Translations under genes and position numbers: made by a program
Notes under the pieces: generated by a model
What the model was told of the DNA's origin: nothing
Seen by the model: only the letters and a program-made list of their open reading frames with translations
Database searches by the model: none
Assembly (NCBI RefSeq): GCF_006345805.1
Contig: NC_042999.1
Location: forward strand, 92,194,001-92,258,000
DNA length: 64,000 nt
Reading direction: 5' to 3'
From: Octopus sinensis
Lineage: Eukaryota
Shown here: positions 37,851 to 50,040 of the stretch, piece by piece
Layout of the letters: each line of letters starts with the position of its first letter
Position numbering within the stretch: position 1 is the first letter of the stretch

Positions 37851-38240
37851 TACAGGGTAAATGTTTTTTAATTTTCTCCTGGTTTACGGAATTGATGTTT
37901 ATTGCGGTTGAAGCTTTGGCTGTTATTTCTAGTGGGTGAATGGCCTATTATGGCCGTTCCTTGATTGTGATGTTGAACTTAAAAAGGTCTATGACTATTT
38001 AATTTTTCCCACTAGGCCGCTGGTGGCAAAAAAAAAAAAAAAAAAAATTCTACAAAATTTTTTGCCACCCTATATTGATTAATTATGAATTTTCTGGTTA
38101 ATTCCGTAATGGAATCGGCGGCTTATATTTATTTGCTGCCGATAAATTTGGCGCGAGTGCGATGATTTGAAAATTTTAGGTCAGATATTGCCGAGGCAGG
38201 GTCGGAAATGCCTCGGGAAAATATCTGTTCCGACTTGGCT

Positions 38241-38347
38241 ATTTCTTACTGATGATTCTAAGGGCCTATGGAAGATTGGCTTGATTTAATTTAATCATGT
38301 TAGTTTACCATTAAACAGTAGATGAAACGGTGCATCGTATAAGAAAT
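38241..38347 (+). ncRNA. Type I hammerhead ribozyme, copy 4 (predicted cleavage after 38339)
   Basis: Same motif as copy 2, with one substitution in distal stem II (AATCATG). Confidence 0.82.
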
Positions 38348-38740
38348 TACAGGGTAAATGTTTTTTAATTTTCTCCTGGTTTACGGAATTGATGTTTATT
38401 TGCGGTTGAAGCTTTGGCTGTTATTTCTAGTGGGTGAATGGCCTATTATGGCCGTTCCTTGATTGTGATGTTGAACTTAAAAATGGTCTATGACTATTTA
38501 ATTTTTCCCACTAGGCCGCTGGTGGCAAAAAAAAAAAAAAAAAAAAATTCTACAAAATTTTTTGCCACCCTATATTGATTAATTATGAATTTTCTGGTTA
38601 ATTCCGTAATGGAATCGGCGGCTTATATTTATTTGCTGCCGATAAATTTGGCGCGAGTGCGATGATTTGAAAATTTTAGGTCAGATATTGCCGAGGCAGG
38701 GTCGGAAATGCCTCGTGAAAATATCTGTTCCGACTTGGCT

Positions 38741-38847
38741 ATTTCTTACTGATGATTCTAAGGGCCTATGGAAGATTGGCTTGATTTAATTTAATCAGGT
38801 TAGTTTACCATTAAACAGTAGATGAAACGGTGCATCGTATAAGAAAT
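38741..38847 (+). ncRNA. Type I hammerhead ribozyme, copy 5 (predicted cleavage after 38839)
   Basis: Same motif as copy 2. Confidence 0.85.
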
Positions 38848-39241
38848 TACAGGGTAAATGTTTTTTAATTTTCTCCTGGTTTACGGAATTGATGTTTATT
38901 TGCGGTTGAAGCTTTGGCTGTTATTTCTAGTGGGTGAATGGCCTATTATGGCCGTTCCTTGATTGTGATGTTGAACTTAAAAATGGTCTATGACTATTTA
39001 ATTTTTCCCACTAGGCCGCTGGTGGCAAAAAAAAAAAAAAAAAAAAAAATTCTACAAAATTTTTTGCCACCCTATATTGATTAATTATGAATTTTCTGGT
39101 TAATTCCGTAATGGAATCGGCGGCTTATATTTATTTGCTGCCGATAAATTGGCGCGAGTGCGATGATTTGAAAATTTTAGGTCAGATATTGCCGAGGCAG
39201 GGTCGGAAATGCCTCGTGAAAATATCTGTTCCGACTTGGCT

Positions 39242-39348
39242 ATTTCTTACTGATGATTCTAAGGGCCTATGGAAGATTGGCTTGATTTAATTTAATCAGG
39301 TTAGTTTACCATTAAACAGTAGATGAAACGGTGCATCGTATAAGAAAT
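39242..39348 (+). ncRNA. Type I hammerhead ribozyme, copy 6 (predicted cleavage after 39340)
   Basis: Same motif as copy 2. Confidence 0.85.
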
Positions 39349-39610
39349 TACAGGGTAAATGTTTTTTATTTTCTCCTGGTTTACGGAATTGATGTTTATT
39401 TGCGGTTGAAGCTTTGGCTGTTATTTCTAGTGGGTGAATGGCCTATTATGGCCGTTCCTTGATTGTGATGTTGAACTTAAAAATGGTCTATGACTATTTA
39501 ATTTTTTCCCACTAGGCCGCTGGTGGCAAAAAAAAAAAAAAAAAAAAAAAAAATTCTACAAAATTTTTTGGCACCCTATATTGATTTAATTATATATATA
39601 TATATATATA

Positions 39611-40837
39611 TCAGGTCATCCCATAAGTTCTGTCCAAATTTTGGATAAAGAAAACAAGTGATCAAATGTAATATTTAATTGAAATTTAATCATCAATGTA
39701 CTTTCCCTGATTATCTATGACTGCCTTCCATCTATTTACAAGCTTTTTAATCCCATCAATGTAAAACTCTTTTGGTTTCAAAGTGAAGAACTCTGAAATG
39801 TCTGTTTCAACCTCCTCCTGGCTTGCAAAAGTTATGCACCGCCAAATTATTCTGTAAACTAAGAAACAAATGGTACTCTGAAGGAGCAAGGTTGGGAGAA
39901 TAAGGTGGATGAAGAATTTATTCCCAACCAAGCTCTTCGATCTTCTGTGATGTGATCTTTGCAGTGTGGGGTCACGCATTGTCCTGATGAAACATCACTC
40001 CTTTTCAATTCACTAAAGTGGATCTTTTTTTCTTCAAAGCTTTGTTCAAAGGCTCTATTGCTGACAGTAGACTTAAGCATTGATTGTTGCATTAGGTGGT
40101 AATAATTCAAAGTGAATTACTCCTTTGTAATCACATCAGATAGAGAGAAGAACCTTTTTTTCCATGAAGTTCCCTTCTCGGTTGTGGTTGAGCTTTTTCC
40201 CTTTTACCAAGCCACTATTTATGATGTTTCACATTTCAATAGAAGATCCATTTTTCATCACCAGTCACATGAGTTCGCAAGAATGGAGAGAAAAGCAGAC
40301 AATTCATGAGGCACCCATTTTCCAAGTTTAGGAAACTGTCCAAGTTGTTGAAGATGATGATGAACAGTTGTATGGTTTGAACTAAGCTTTATTGCCAATT
40401 CTTCAACTGATAATCCAGGATTTTCTTTAAGTAATGCCTTAAGGAGCTTATCATCAAACTCAACTGGACATCCTGTTCGATCTTCATCTTCAAGGCTGAA
40501 ATCTTCACTTCTGAATTTTGCAAACCATCTTCTGCAAGTTCTTTCATTCAAGCATTCTTGCCCATAAACTGAGTGTATGTTTCGAGTCACTTTGGTGGCA
40601 GAGTTTCCTTTTTTGTACTCATAAAGCATTAAATGCCCTTTGGATACTTCAATGTTAGAAAGGGTTTTAATCAAAGTAATTCTAATTCTATTATTCTGTA
40701 AAATAATACTTATTTAGTTTAAATGTACACAAATGCATAAAAATAACTTTTAATTCCCTTAGACATTCTAAAATACTATTAAATTTCATTTAATTTTAAA
40801 AACGGTTAAATTAGACAGAATTTATGGGATGACCGGA
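39611..40837 (-). mobile_element. Mariner transposon, same family as 1498-2769, inactive
   Basis: TIRs TCAGGTCATCCCATAA / TTATGGGATGACCGGA within (TA)n; HTH region with GKWVPHEL; two short internal deletions relative to the first copy. Confidence 0.95.
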
Positions 40838-40859
40838 TATATATATATATATATATATC

Positions 40860-41050
40860 CTCCCCTCCCCCTCCTCTTCATCATCATCATCTGTTGTCCA
40901 TGCTGCCATGGGTTGCATGGTTTGACCAGCACTGGTAAGCTGCATCAGAATCTAGTCTGATTTGGGATGGCTTCTATGGCTGGATGCCCTTTCTAATGCC
41001 AACTACTTTACAGAGTGTGCTGGGTACTTTTAAGTGGCATCATAATGGTT
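40860..41050 (-). mobile_element. RTE 3' tail fragment
   Basis: TCATCATC tail and GCTGGATGCCCTTTCTAATGCCAAC motif. Confidence 0.75.
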
Positions 41051-41307
41051 CTTATACATGGCATATACATATACTCACACACACACAGATATATATATAT
41101 ATATCTGTGTGTGTATGTGTGTGTGTATATGTATATACTCACACACACACACACAGATATATATATATATATATCTGTGTGTGTGTGTGTGAGTATATGT
41201 ATATGCCATGTATAAGAACCATTATGATGCCACTTAAAAGTACCCAGCACACTCTGTAAAGTAGTTGGCATTAGAAAGGGCATCCAGCCATAGAAGCCAT
41301 CCCAAAT
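40960..41307. repeat. Perfect inverted duplication around a TA/CA microsatellite centre
   Basis: Arms of ~125 bp appear identical by eye; the + and - ORFs share the same N-terminus. Confidence 0.9.
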
Positions 41308-41310
41308 TCT

Positions 41311-41411
41311 AGTGTATGTTCAGATGACAACAATATTAATGATGATAATAATATATATATATTATATATATTATTATCATCATTAATATTGTTGTCATCT
41401 GAACATACACT
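41311..41411. repeat. Second perfect palindrome centred on (TA)n
   Basis: AGTGTATGTTCAGATGACAAC... / ...GTTGTCATCTGAACATACACT. Confidence 0.9.
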
Positions 41412-41529
41412 TTCCCATTTTTGAATGAGTCAGATGGAAGCCATTGAGGTAAGTTTACTATAGGTGGATGCCCATCCTGCCACCAATCCTCATTTGTTTG
41501 CAAGCAAGGTAATATTTTCTCATAATAAA

Positions 41530-42420
41530 GGCAGCAAGCTGGAAGAATATTTAGCATGCCAGGTGAAATACTTAACAACATTTTGTATGGCTTTACATTC
41601 TGAGTTCAAATTCTGGCAAGATTGACTGCCTTTCATCCTTTCGGGGTCAATAAGTCAAGTACTAGCTGGACAGCTGCTTCACCAAAATTGCTGGCAGTGT
41701 GTGAAAATTTGAAACCAGTATTTCTTCATAACCAACTGTTTCTAGGGAAGATTGGAAATGAATGATACTGTTCATATGATGATGGCAAACGTTTACAATT
41801 ATCATGTGTTGTCAAAGTAAGAAAGTATAAACACACAAACACACACACAGATGCACACACACACACACACACACATACAAGCACACACACACACAAATGC
41901 ACGAGCACACATGCATGCACACATATTTCTATACAACAGGCACCTTTCAGTTTCTGTCTATCAAATCAACTCATAAAGCCTTGGTTTGCCAGGAGTAACA
42001 GTAGAAGGTACTTGCCAGTGAAGCTATATATATAAATATATATTCTTTAATTCTTTTACTTCTTTCAGTCATTTGACTGCAGCTATGCTGGAGCACCAGC
42101 CTTAGTTGAACAAATCGACCCCAGGACTTATTCTTTGTAAGCCTGGTACCTATTCTATCAGTCTCTTTTGCCGAAGTGCTAAGTTACGGGGACATAAACA
42201 CACCAACATTACTTGTCAAGAGATGGTGGGGGAGAAACACATACACACATACACTATATACAACGGGCTTCTTTCAGTTTCTGTCTATCAAATCCACTCA
42301 CAAAGCTTTGGTTGATCCAAGGTTACAGTGGAAGACACTTGCCCAAGGTATCATGCAGTGGGACTGAACCTGGAACCATGTGTTTGGGAAGCAAGTTTCT
42401 TACCACACAGCCACTCCTGC
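41530..42420. mobile_element. SINE cluster (families A and B, both strands)
   Basis: Core motifs as above; boundaries approximate. Confidence 0.6.
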
Positions 42421-43879
42421 ACCTAGTACACTAAACAAAGCTTTTAAAACCCTATTTCTATATTTGCAAAGTAGTAGTAGATTTTTCTTGCATACTAATG
42501 CTTCAGAATCTCATCTTATCCCTTTTACCTTATTCAACACATAATCTTTTATTCATTTATTGGTCTTACTCATTGGTTTGCAGCCTAACTGGAGTACTAG
42601 TTGCTAGGGTTCAGTTGATCACGTCAACCCCAGTGGTTATTCCAGTCAAGCCCTTATTTTGTCAATCTCTATATGTTGAACAATTAGGTGATGTGACATA
42701 AAGGGATAAGAAAAAGAAAAAAACATTGGCTTTTAGACCAGTATAAACATAAACAGAGATATGGAAACAGAAACACCCACATGTACATCCCAAACACACA
42801 CAAGCACACATCCAACATCAGCATTGTATCAAGATCATCATCATCACCACCGTGACCACAACTATTTTACATATTTCTTGTGCTGACATGAACTGGACCG
42901 TTTAACAGGATCTAGCAAGAAAGAAGACCATGTTTTGCACCAATGTCTCTGTTTTGGGATAGTTTCCATAGCTAGATGCTTACCTAATAGCAACTTTACA
43001 TAGAGTATTGGGTGGTAGGAGAAAGAAGAGAAAGTAATGTCAGGGTGGGGGATAGAGTGATAAATGGCAAGGGTCACAGTGTGATGAATAACTAAGTGAT
43101 GAGGTGGGTCAAGTAAGAAGGCACCAGGACTCTTCTCCACACACCACACATATACACACTTACATGTATCAACATCATTATGATCATAATCATTTTAGGT
43201 TCAGTCTCCATACCTAATAAGATTGGATGGATTGTCATAGTTCAAGTCAGTTCTTATAAGTTACACAGGTTTATTGTTGGAGAAGACAGCAGGAAGAAAC
43301 TAACAGAGACAGTATTAGGGGAGAGAGGTGGAAAATAATGTTAGGGTTAAATAAAAGGGTGTCAGAGAGTGATAAGAATGGTCAGGTGGGGTGAATAAGA
43401 GATCAGTGCTACTCAGCATTATATACTAATGGGCAGAGTGGTTCATGAAAGAGAGATAAAATGATGGGGATTAAAAGCCAGTTTCTATCCTGATTGTAAT
43501 ATGTCCAAGACAGTATGATGTCAGAGGAATCTGGGAGCCTTATTATTCAGGACAGAAGGTGGGATAGCAAGATATGGATGGTGGAAGAAAATATTCAACA
43601 TGCATAGATCAAATGCTTTCCTCTCATTAACAGATGGCATGGTATGGTGAGTAGAAGAGATGATATGGAGCAGGGAGGATATAGAATAGGTATTAGTGAT
43701 AGGAGAAGAGATGAGATGTGAGGGTTTATAAGCAGGAGTGTATGTAGAGGCTGCATTTTCTGCAGTACTGCATATAACCAGTCAGCACAGTCTTCTATCA
43801 TATACCTCATCAAATGTAGTATCGTGAAATCATTTTCCACCATCTCCTCCCAAGCCATCCTTGTCTCTCTTATCTACAG

Positions 43880-44260
43880 ATCCCATACAGTTTCAGTACT
43901 CTGCACTGATTTATGTACTTATCTTCTATCCATCATCTATCATGTTCCCATACTATTGCAGTCTCCTTACATGCATTCTGTGTCTACTTCTTATACTCAG
44001 TTTGACTCTTACTTCATTTACAATTTGTTCATTCACATGAATATGATACATCCAGTAAAGCATACTCCCTTCACCTTTTTCTAGAGTTTGCAGATCCTCT
44101 GTATTCAAGGTTTGCATCTCACTGACATGCAGCAATACACTTTGCATACATGCATTATACAAACTGACTCTAAGGGAGAAGCCTTTGTTGCCAGAAAAGG
44201 TATTAGCTTTCTGAACTTTCTCCACTCTTTTCTATTCTGGCTAATGATCTAATTAGTAGT
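43880..44260 (-). mobile_element. RTE C-terminal fragment
   Basis: KGFSLRV.LYNACMQSVLLHVSE motif. Confidence 0.7.
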
Positions 44261-45415
44261 ATGGAGCAGTAGTTTCAGAACTACTTCTATAGAGTCATCA
44301 CATTTGAGAGAAACTATTTCCTGATTACTCCCAGTGCTTATTGTCTGAACGCACCCACTACATGGTAATTAAGGGCTGGTCTCTAAGAGTAAATAGCAGC
44401 TTGTATAATGTGTGTGCATGAAATGCAGTACTGCATGGTAGTGTGATGTGGTCCTTGAATGTATTGCAGAAACTGAAAAGAAATAAGGCAAGCATGCTTC
44501 ACAGGATGTGAATGTTAGTTTGGAAAATGACAGATTATTTATGAGCTGAGAGTAAAACTGGATATGAGAAATCAGATACAATGTGCATGAGAAAAGACTG
44601 TGCTACAATGAAATGTAATGCAAATTAAGGATAACAGCTAAATAAAAACTCATGCACATTTAATGTGAATGAAACCTGTGGATGTTGTATTTCCTGCAAA
44701 TGTCAAAGGACAGAGTTGAGTGGCAATTTATGATGTTGGTGAAGATATGACCATAAAAGATCCAACCAGCAGTAAGTCCCGAAAAATGGTGACAGTGTAT
44801 GTTTGGAATTGTGAGTACATATTTATGTGCATTGCATGTATGTGCATGTATATGTACCACCAAAACTGCCTCCTTCATACCTATACATCCTCTTATATCG
44901 TTACCACTTACTTTCCTGTCACATGCTGCTCTACCACTCAGCCTTCACTGTTGTTCATTGGGATGGCACTCACTTTCTATTCATCTAACATCTTCATTAC
45001 TCAACCACTCATTTCTCATCTCAATGTCTATATATAAAGAACAACATAGGACATTATAACTCAAAGAGATAATAGGAGGAAAAGAGAGCTAAAAAGAAAC
45101 AGATGGTGACAGAAGTGGGAATTTAGTATGCATTGACCCAGTGTTTCATTCATTCCACAAGTGGCAAGGTACAATGAATAGAGGAATGATAGCAGAAGGA
45201 TAATGAGGTATCAAATAAGCAAGAAGAAGAAGTAGTGATTTAGCAGGCAAACAATAGGTGATGTAGATACATATATATTCCAGCTTCCATTACTGCTCCA
45301 AGGTGGTTGGGTTTTCGCCAGTATCATGCACCAGCAACAAAAATGGTCTTTTAAGTGTATTTGTTCCTCTTTGTGAGAGTTGGCCATTTTGTGAATATTT
45401 GTGGATATGCATGTA

Positions 45416-46239
45416 CAGGGTATTTGGGTTAAATTTGACAAATTCTTTTGTAACCTTTTCACAGTAACAGATTGATGTAATGATGAATAGTCAATGGCAT
45501 TGGGTTACAAAAAGATTAAAGTTGTAGTTGAGAAAAAGTTAATTGACATGGAGGACTGGAAACCATCTGAATATTGGGAAAGAGTTACCTGTATCATGAT
45601 GTTTGCACCAAGTATCAAAATGCCAACATCATAATTGCTGCTCAACATTCTGTGAACACTGTAAAAGCTGTATGACATGATTTGGAGATCTGCAACAGAA
45701 ACTACATAGCAATGTCCAACAGGAACAGACACAGCAGGCATTCTGACTGCATCTGAATGCTGCAATTCAGATAGTCATGTGAAGAAACCAGAAACTATGA
45801 TCAATGCCTGGCTGGAAAGTGTTGCTGCTGGAAGGCCATAAGTATGGCAGTAGGGTTTGACTCCTTTCCATACCTTCGGAAAATGTCAGAAGTGGTTGTT
45901 GGAGAATTTCTATGACTTTACCAGCCCTGATTTTTGGCCTCCTAATTCCCCCACTTGTAATCCCACTCTTCTTGCAACACCAAGGCTGAGCTGGTGACCA
46001 AGATCAAGGTGGTATTCAAAGATCTTCCCAGGGACACAGTGAAGAACACATGCACCAAGGTTTTGGAGCCATCTTCAGATTGTGGTGGAAGCTGAAGGCA
46101 GCTATTTGAGTAAACTGTTATCTCCCAGCCATAATCTAGTCGATATATTTTGATCTTTTAAAATACTTTTATTTTTAGACGGAATATGGTCTCTTCTTTT
46201 CCTTTTATGCAAACTGTCAAATTTATCCTGAATACCCTG
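45416..46239 (+). mobile_element. Internally deleted maT/mori-type Tc1/mariner transposon
   Basis: 25-bp TIRs CAGGGTATTTGGGTTAAATTTGACA / TGTCAAATTTATCCTGAATACCCTG with TA flanks; MEDWKPSE N-terminus, WPPNS-like motif and VEAEG C-terminus. Confidence 0.85.
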
Positions 46240-46456
46240 TATACATACATATGACCAAGCAAGAAAAACTGCTTTCCAGTGCTGACTGGTTGATTGGAAA
46301 CAACTTCTCATGTGTTCATAAGAATAACATTAAGTACATTTTTATCTTTGAAAAAGATCTTGTTCCCTTGAATGTGTGTATGTGAAAATTTTCAGCACAA
46401 TCCAGATATTCTGTTCAATTATAATTGTAACTAACCCAGGTTTGAAATTCCCCCAA

Positions 46457-46499
46457 GACACCTGATGAAGGCTGGAGGGTATATCAGCCGAAACGTGTT
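46457..46499 (+). ncRNA. Minimal hammerhead-like motif, probably inactive
   Basis: GACAC-CTGATGA-A-GGCTG-gagggtatat-CAGCC-GAAA-C-GTGTT. Stems I and II pair, but there is no room for stem III plus the UH cleavage site. Confidence 0.45.
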
Positions 46500-47503
46500 A
46501 ACAACAAACAAGATGAAAACAAATATCCATCAAATGTAAATAATGTAAATAATGTGCATTATTCCTCATCTCTTAAATATAGAACTGTAATTGTAATTTT
46601 ACAACTATTATTGAACAAAGTATGTGTAAGCTAAATTAAAATTTAACTTTGCAAATTTAGGCTCAACTGTTGGAATGTGTGCCTGCTAGAGGGTGAAAGC
46701 AATAAAGACTACAGCAATTATTTCTCTAATTTTGACAAAAAAGATAGAAATATGATGAGAGTATAAAAATAGTGATCAGTTAATAACAGCGCTAAAATGT
46801 TTACAAAAGAATTTTAAGGTTTTATAACATTTAATTTGAGAAAGAAAATATTCTGACTTCAGATTACATCAATAATTTTGCATATAACATTCTATACTAT
46901 TTAACTGCTGAATGATGAATGAAAGTATTCAAAACAGAATAAATAATTCCATATCTATCCAAGTGAAGAAAATCTAAAACTGCTAAATAACAAAATAGTT
47001 ATAGCAGAAGTAGCTTATCATCTTAGTTAATGTTTACAAGTATCTCATTTATAACATTTCGCAACTTGTAATTACAGACGATTGCATCCATTGAATAATG
47101 CAGCAGACAGGTAATAATTGCCTACTATATTCATTCTCATAGGTAATTTGTGAGATGGGATAAAGTTATTTTAATGACTCAATTTCGAAATAATTTGAAT
47201 TACTAGTTCTAACAAATTATAATGGTATAATAAATGCCCAATGGTAATAGATTGGAGCATATATTACATTATGAATAAATATATAGCAATGGAAGTGTTA
47301 AGATACACTGTTAGTCTAGATTTTGTTTAAAGAGTTCGTATAGAATCTTGATTACCATCATATTATAATCATATTTTTTTTAATATTTATTTGTAACTAT
47401 TCAAACTGGCTGAGGAAACTTAAATGAGGAACATGGTTATCTGATTATGCTGAGCTACCAGTATGAAATAATATATACATATATGTGTGTGTGTAGATAT
47501 ATA

Positions 47504-47556
<53 letters not shown>

Positions 47557-47569
47557 TATATATAATATG

Positions 47570-47945
47570 GCTGTTGTTGGTGTCACATAAGTGGTACCTG
47601 TGCCAGTGGCATGGAGAAAACACCTTTTGAGCATTGGGCCTCACAGAGGCAATGACAAGTGACTGAAATCTTTGACAATATGCTGTGCTTGAAAAGACGA
47701 CCCCGCAAGCTAAGTTAAATTGTAGTCATGGCAGATACTGGTGTCACCAACTGGCACCCATACCGGTGGCATGCAAAAGCACCCATTACACTCTCAGAGT
47801 GGTTGGCATTAGGAAGGGCATCTAGTCATAGAAACCATGCCAAATCAGACTGGAGTCTGGTGCAGTCCCTCAGCTTACCAGCCCTGGTCAAACCATCCAA
47901 TCCATGCCAGCATGGACAATGGATGTTAAATGATGATGATGATGA
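47570..47945 (+). mobile_element. RTE 3'UTR/tail copy
   Basis: TTGGCATTAGGAAGGGCATC...CCATGCCAGCATGG...(GAT)n. Confidence 0.85.
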
Positions 47946-48002
47946 TTACACACATACACACACACACACACACACACATGCAAACAAACATATATACATA
48001 TA

Positions 48003-48871
48003 GGATGTTCAGGATAAATAAGAAAATTTTGTATGTAACCTTTTTCAGGAACTGCTTGATGTATTGATGAACAGGCAGTGGCATTGAAACGCATAAAGAT
48101 TAAAGTTGCAATTAAGAAAAAGTTAACTAACATGGAGAACTGGAAACCATCTGAAGATTGGAAAAGAGTTACTTATATCATGATGATTTGCACTGGGTAT
48201 CAAAATGCTGACATCACGACTGCTGCTCAATGCACTGTGAACACTGAAAAAGCCGTAAGACATGACATGGACAACTGCAACAGAGACTCTGAAGCAAGAC
48301 CCAGCAGGAAAGGACACAGCAGGCATTCTCATTGCATCCTTATGCCAGAATTTATCCTCATATCTTTGAAGAAGGCCTTAGGCACAATTCAGATGGCTAT
48401 GTGAAGCTGGAGACTGTGATCAATCCCTGGCTGGAAGACCATATGTGTGGCAGTAAGATTTGTCTCCTTGACATACCACCAGAAGGAGCCAGAAGTAGTT
48501 GTTAGAGAATTTTCATGACTTCACCAGGCCTGGCCTCCTAATTTTCCATGGATTAATATGTATGAGGTGTGTTTGATAATCATACCAACTGATATTCCTG
48601 CAACACCAAGGACAAGTTGGTGGCCAAAATCTTGGAAGTGTTCAAAGGTCTTCCCAGGGACACAGTGAGGAATGAATCTGCCAGCTACTGGAGCTGACTC
48701 AAAGCCATGCTGAAAGCTGAGCTCAGCTAGTTTGAGTAAACTGTAATCTCCCAGTCATAACCTAGTTGATATATTTTTAGTTTTTTAAAATACTTCTATT
48801 TTTGGATGGAATATGTTGCTTTCTTTTTTGTTTCCTTTTATAAAACTGCCAAATTTACCTCATATAACTTG
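48003..48871 (+). mobile_element. Second internally deleted maT-type copy
   Basis: MENWKPSEDWKRV N-terminus; same internal junction (CAATTCAGAT..ATGTGAAG) as 45416-46239; decayed TIRs. Confidence 0.8.
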
Positions 48872-49399
48872 TATGTATGCATGCATGCATGCATGCATAC
48901 ATGCATACATGCATACATACATACATACATACATGCATGCATGCATACATATATACAACCAAGAAATATTTTTTGCAATTTTATTGAATAAATTTACTCT
49001 TTAGCTTTTGAAGATATTTTCACGTAATTTTGGTAAATATATCTGTTAAAATGAGATATCAGTGTTATTTTCATTTTTGCATAATTTAGATGACAATTTA
49101 TTCACTGCACCCTGTATACACACACACACACTTGTATATGCTTTGCCTTGAGCACTCAACACCTGATGAAGTCAGCCACAGAGGCACTGTCAAAACATCT
49201 GACCTGTCTTAAACGTTTTTAGACCTTTTATAGCCCATTCCTCTCAAAGTCTGCTGACACCCAGTTTCTTCTAAACATAAAGAGAGACATTGAACCAAAA
49301 AGAGAAAAGAAGTGTAATTTAGCTACTCCAAATGTATCTTAGTTTTTAGGACGATGGGGCAGAGAAGATGGAGGTAGGGCTGAGCCACTCACAGAAAGT

Positions 49400-50040
49400 A
49401 TTACTACTCCTTACCCCTACTTTTCCACTCCAAAACTATCTCTTCTCTTTCATGGCTCTGTCAGCCTGACTGTTCCATTACCACATCACCCGTAGTCTAG
49501 CAGAAGCTTTGCTTCAATCAAAGATTTAGTCTGTCACCTTTAGTAGATTGACCTGTAAGAATTTCCAGTTGTCCTTATTTCATATGTGTCTGTCTCTTCC
49601 TTCTCCTCAGATGCTTCATTAAAAATGTCACTAAATCTCAGCCGTTTGAAGGATCCTTGAGCTTCCATAACCTTTTCCATATCAGTTTGTGTCTCTGGTT
49701 CATTCTAGACCCAAGTCTGAAGTCGCTAACCACAAATCTATGTTGAGTTGTACATTTTCACCTGAGAAGTATTTTTCATTCACAAGCATCCATCTGTCCT
49801 TGTTTACGGTGAGAATCTAGTCAATCTACCCACCAGATTCATGAGTAATTAAAAGACTGATAGGATTCCTGAAGTTGGTATTGCAAATCAATGAGTCATT
49901 TGCTTCACAAAACTTCAGCAGCCTTGTTGCCTCCTCATTTCTAGAACTAAAGCTGTAACCTCCATTCATGCAATGAAATCCTTTGAAGCACTTTCCAACA
50001 TGACCATTCACGTTCCCAACACTGCAAAATCAACGAAGCT
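49400..50040 (-). mobile_element. RTE endonuclease-to-linker fragment
   Basis: NGHVG...GGYSFSSRNEEATRLLKFCEANDSLICNTNF. Confidence 0.85.

Larger units (their letters stand above)
36486..39590 (+). repeat. Tandem array of ~500-bp hammerhead-bearing units (6 full + ~100-bp partial); candidate non-LTR retrozyme
   Basis: Units start at 36486, 36988, 37485, 37990, 38489, 38989 and 39489. They are nearly identical, differing mainly in an A19-27 tract, and have no conserved ORF. (TA)n lies near both ends. Confidence 0.9.

Noticed and set aside
36486-39590. CRISPR array or protein-coding repeat
   Set aside because: Units are near-identical along their whole length (no unique spacers), the context is eukaryotic, and the only ORF (39087-39290) arises from an indel in one unit.
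49158-49200. ACAC-CTGATGA-A-GTCAG...CTGTC-AAAAC hammerhead-like string
   Set aside because: GAAA is mutated, stem II is mismatched, and there is no stem III or stem I partner.
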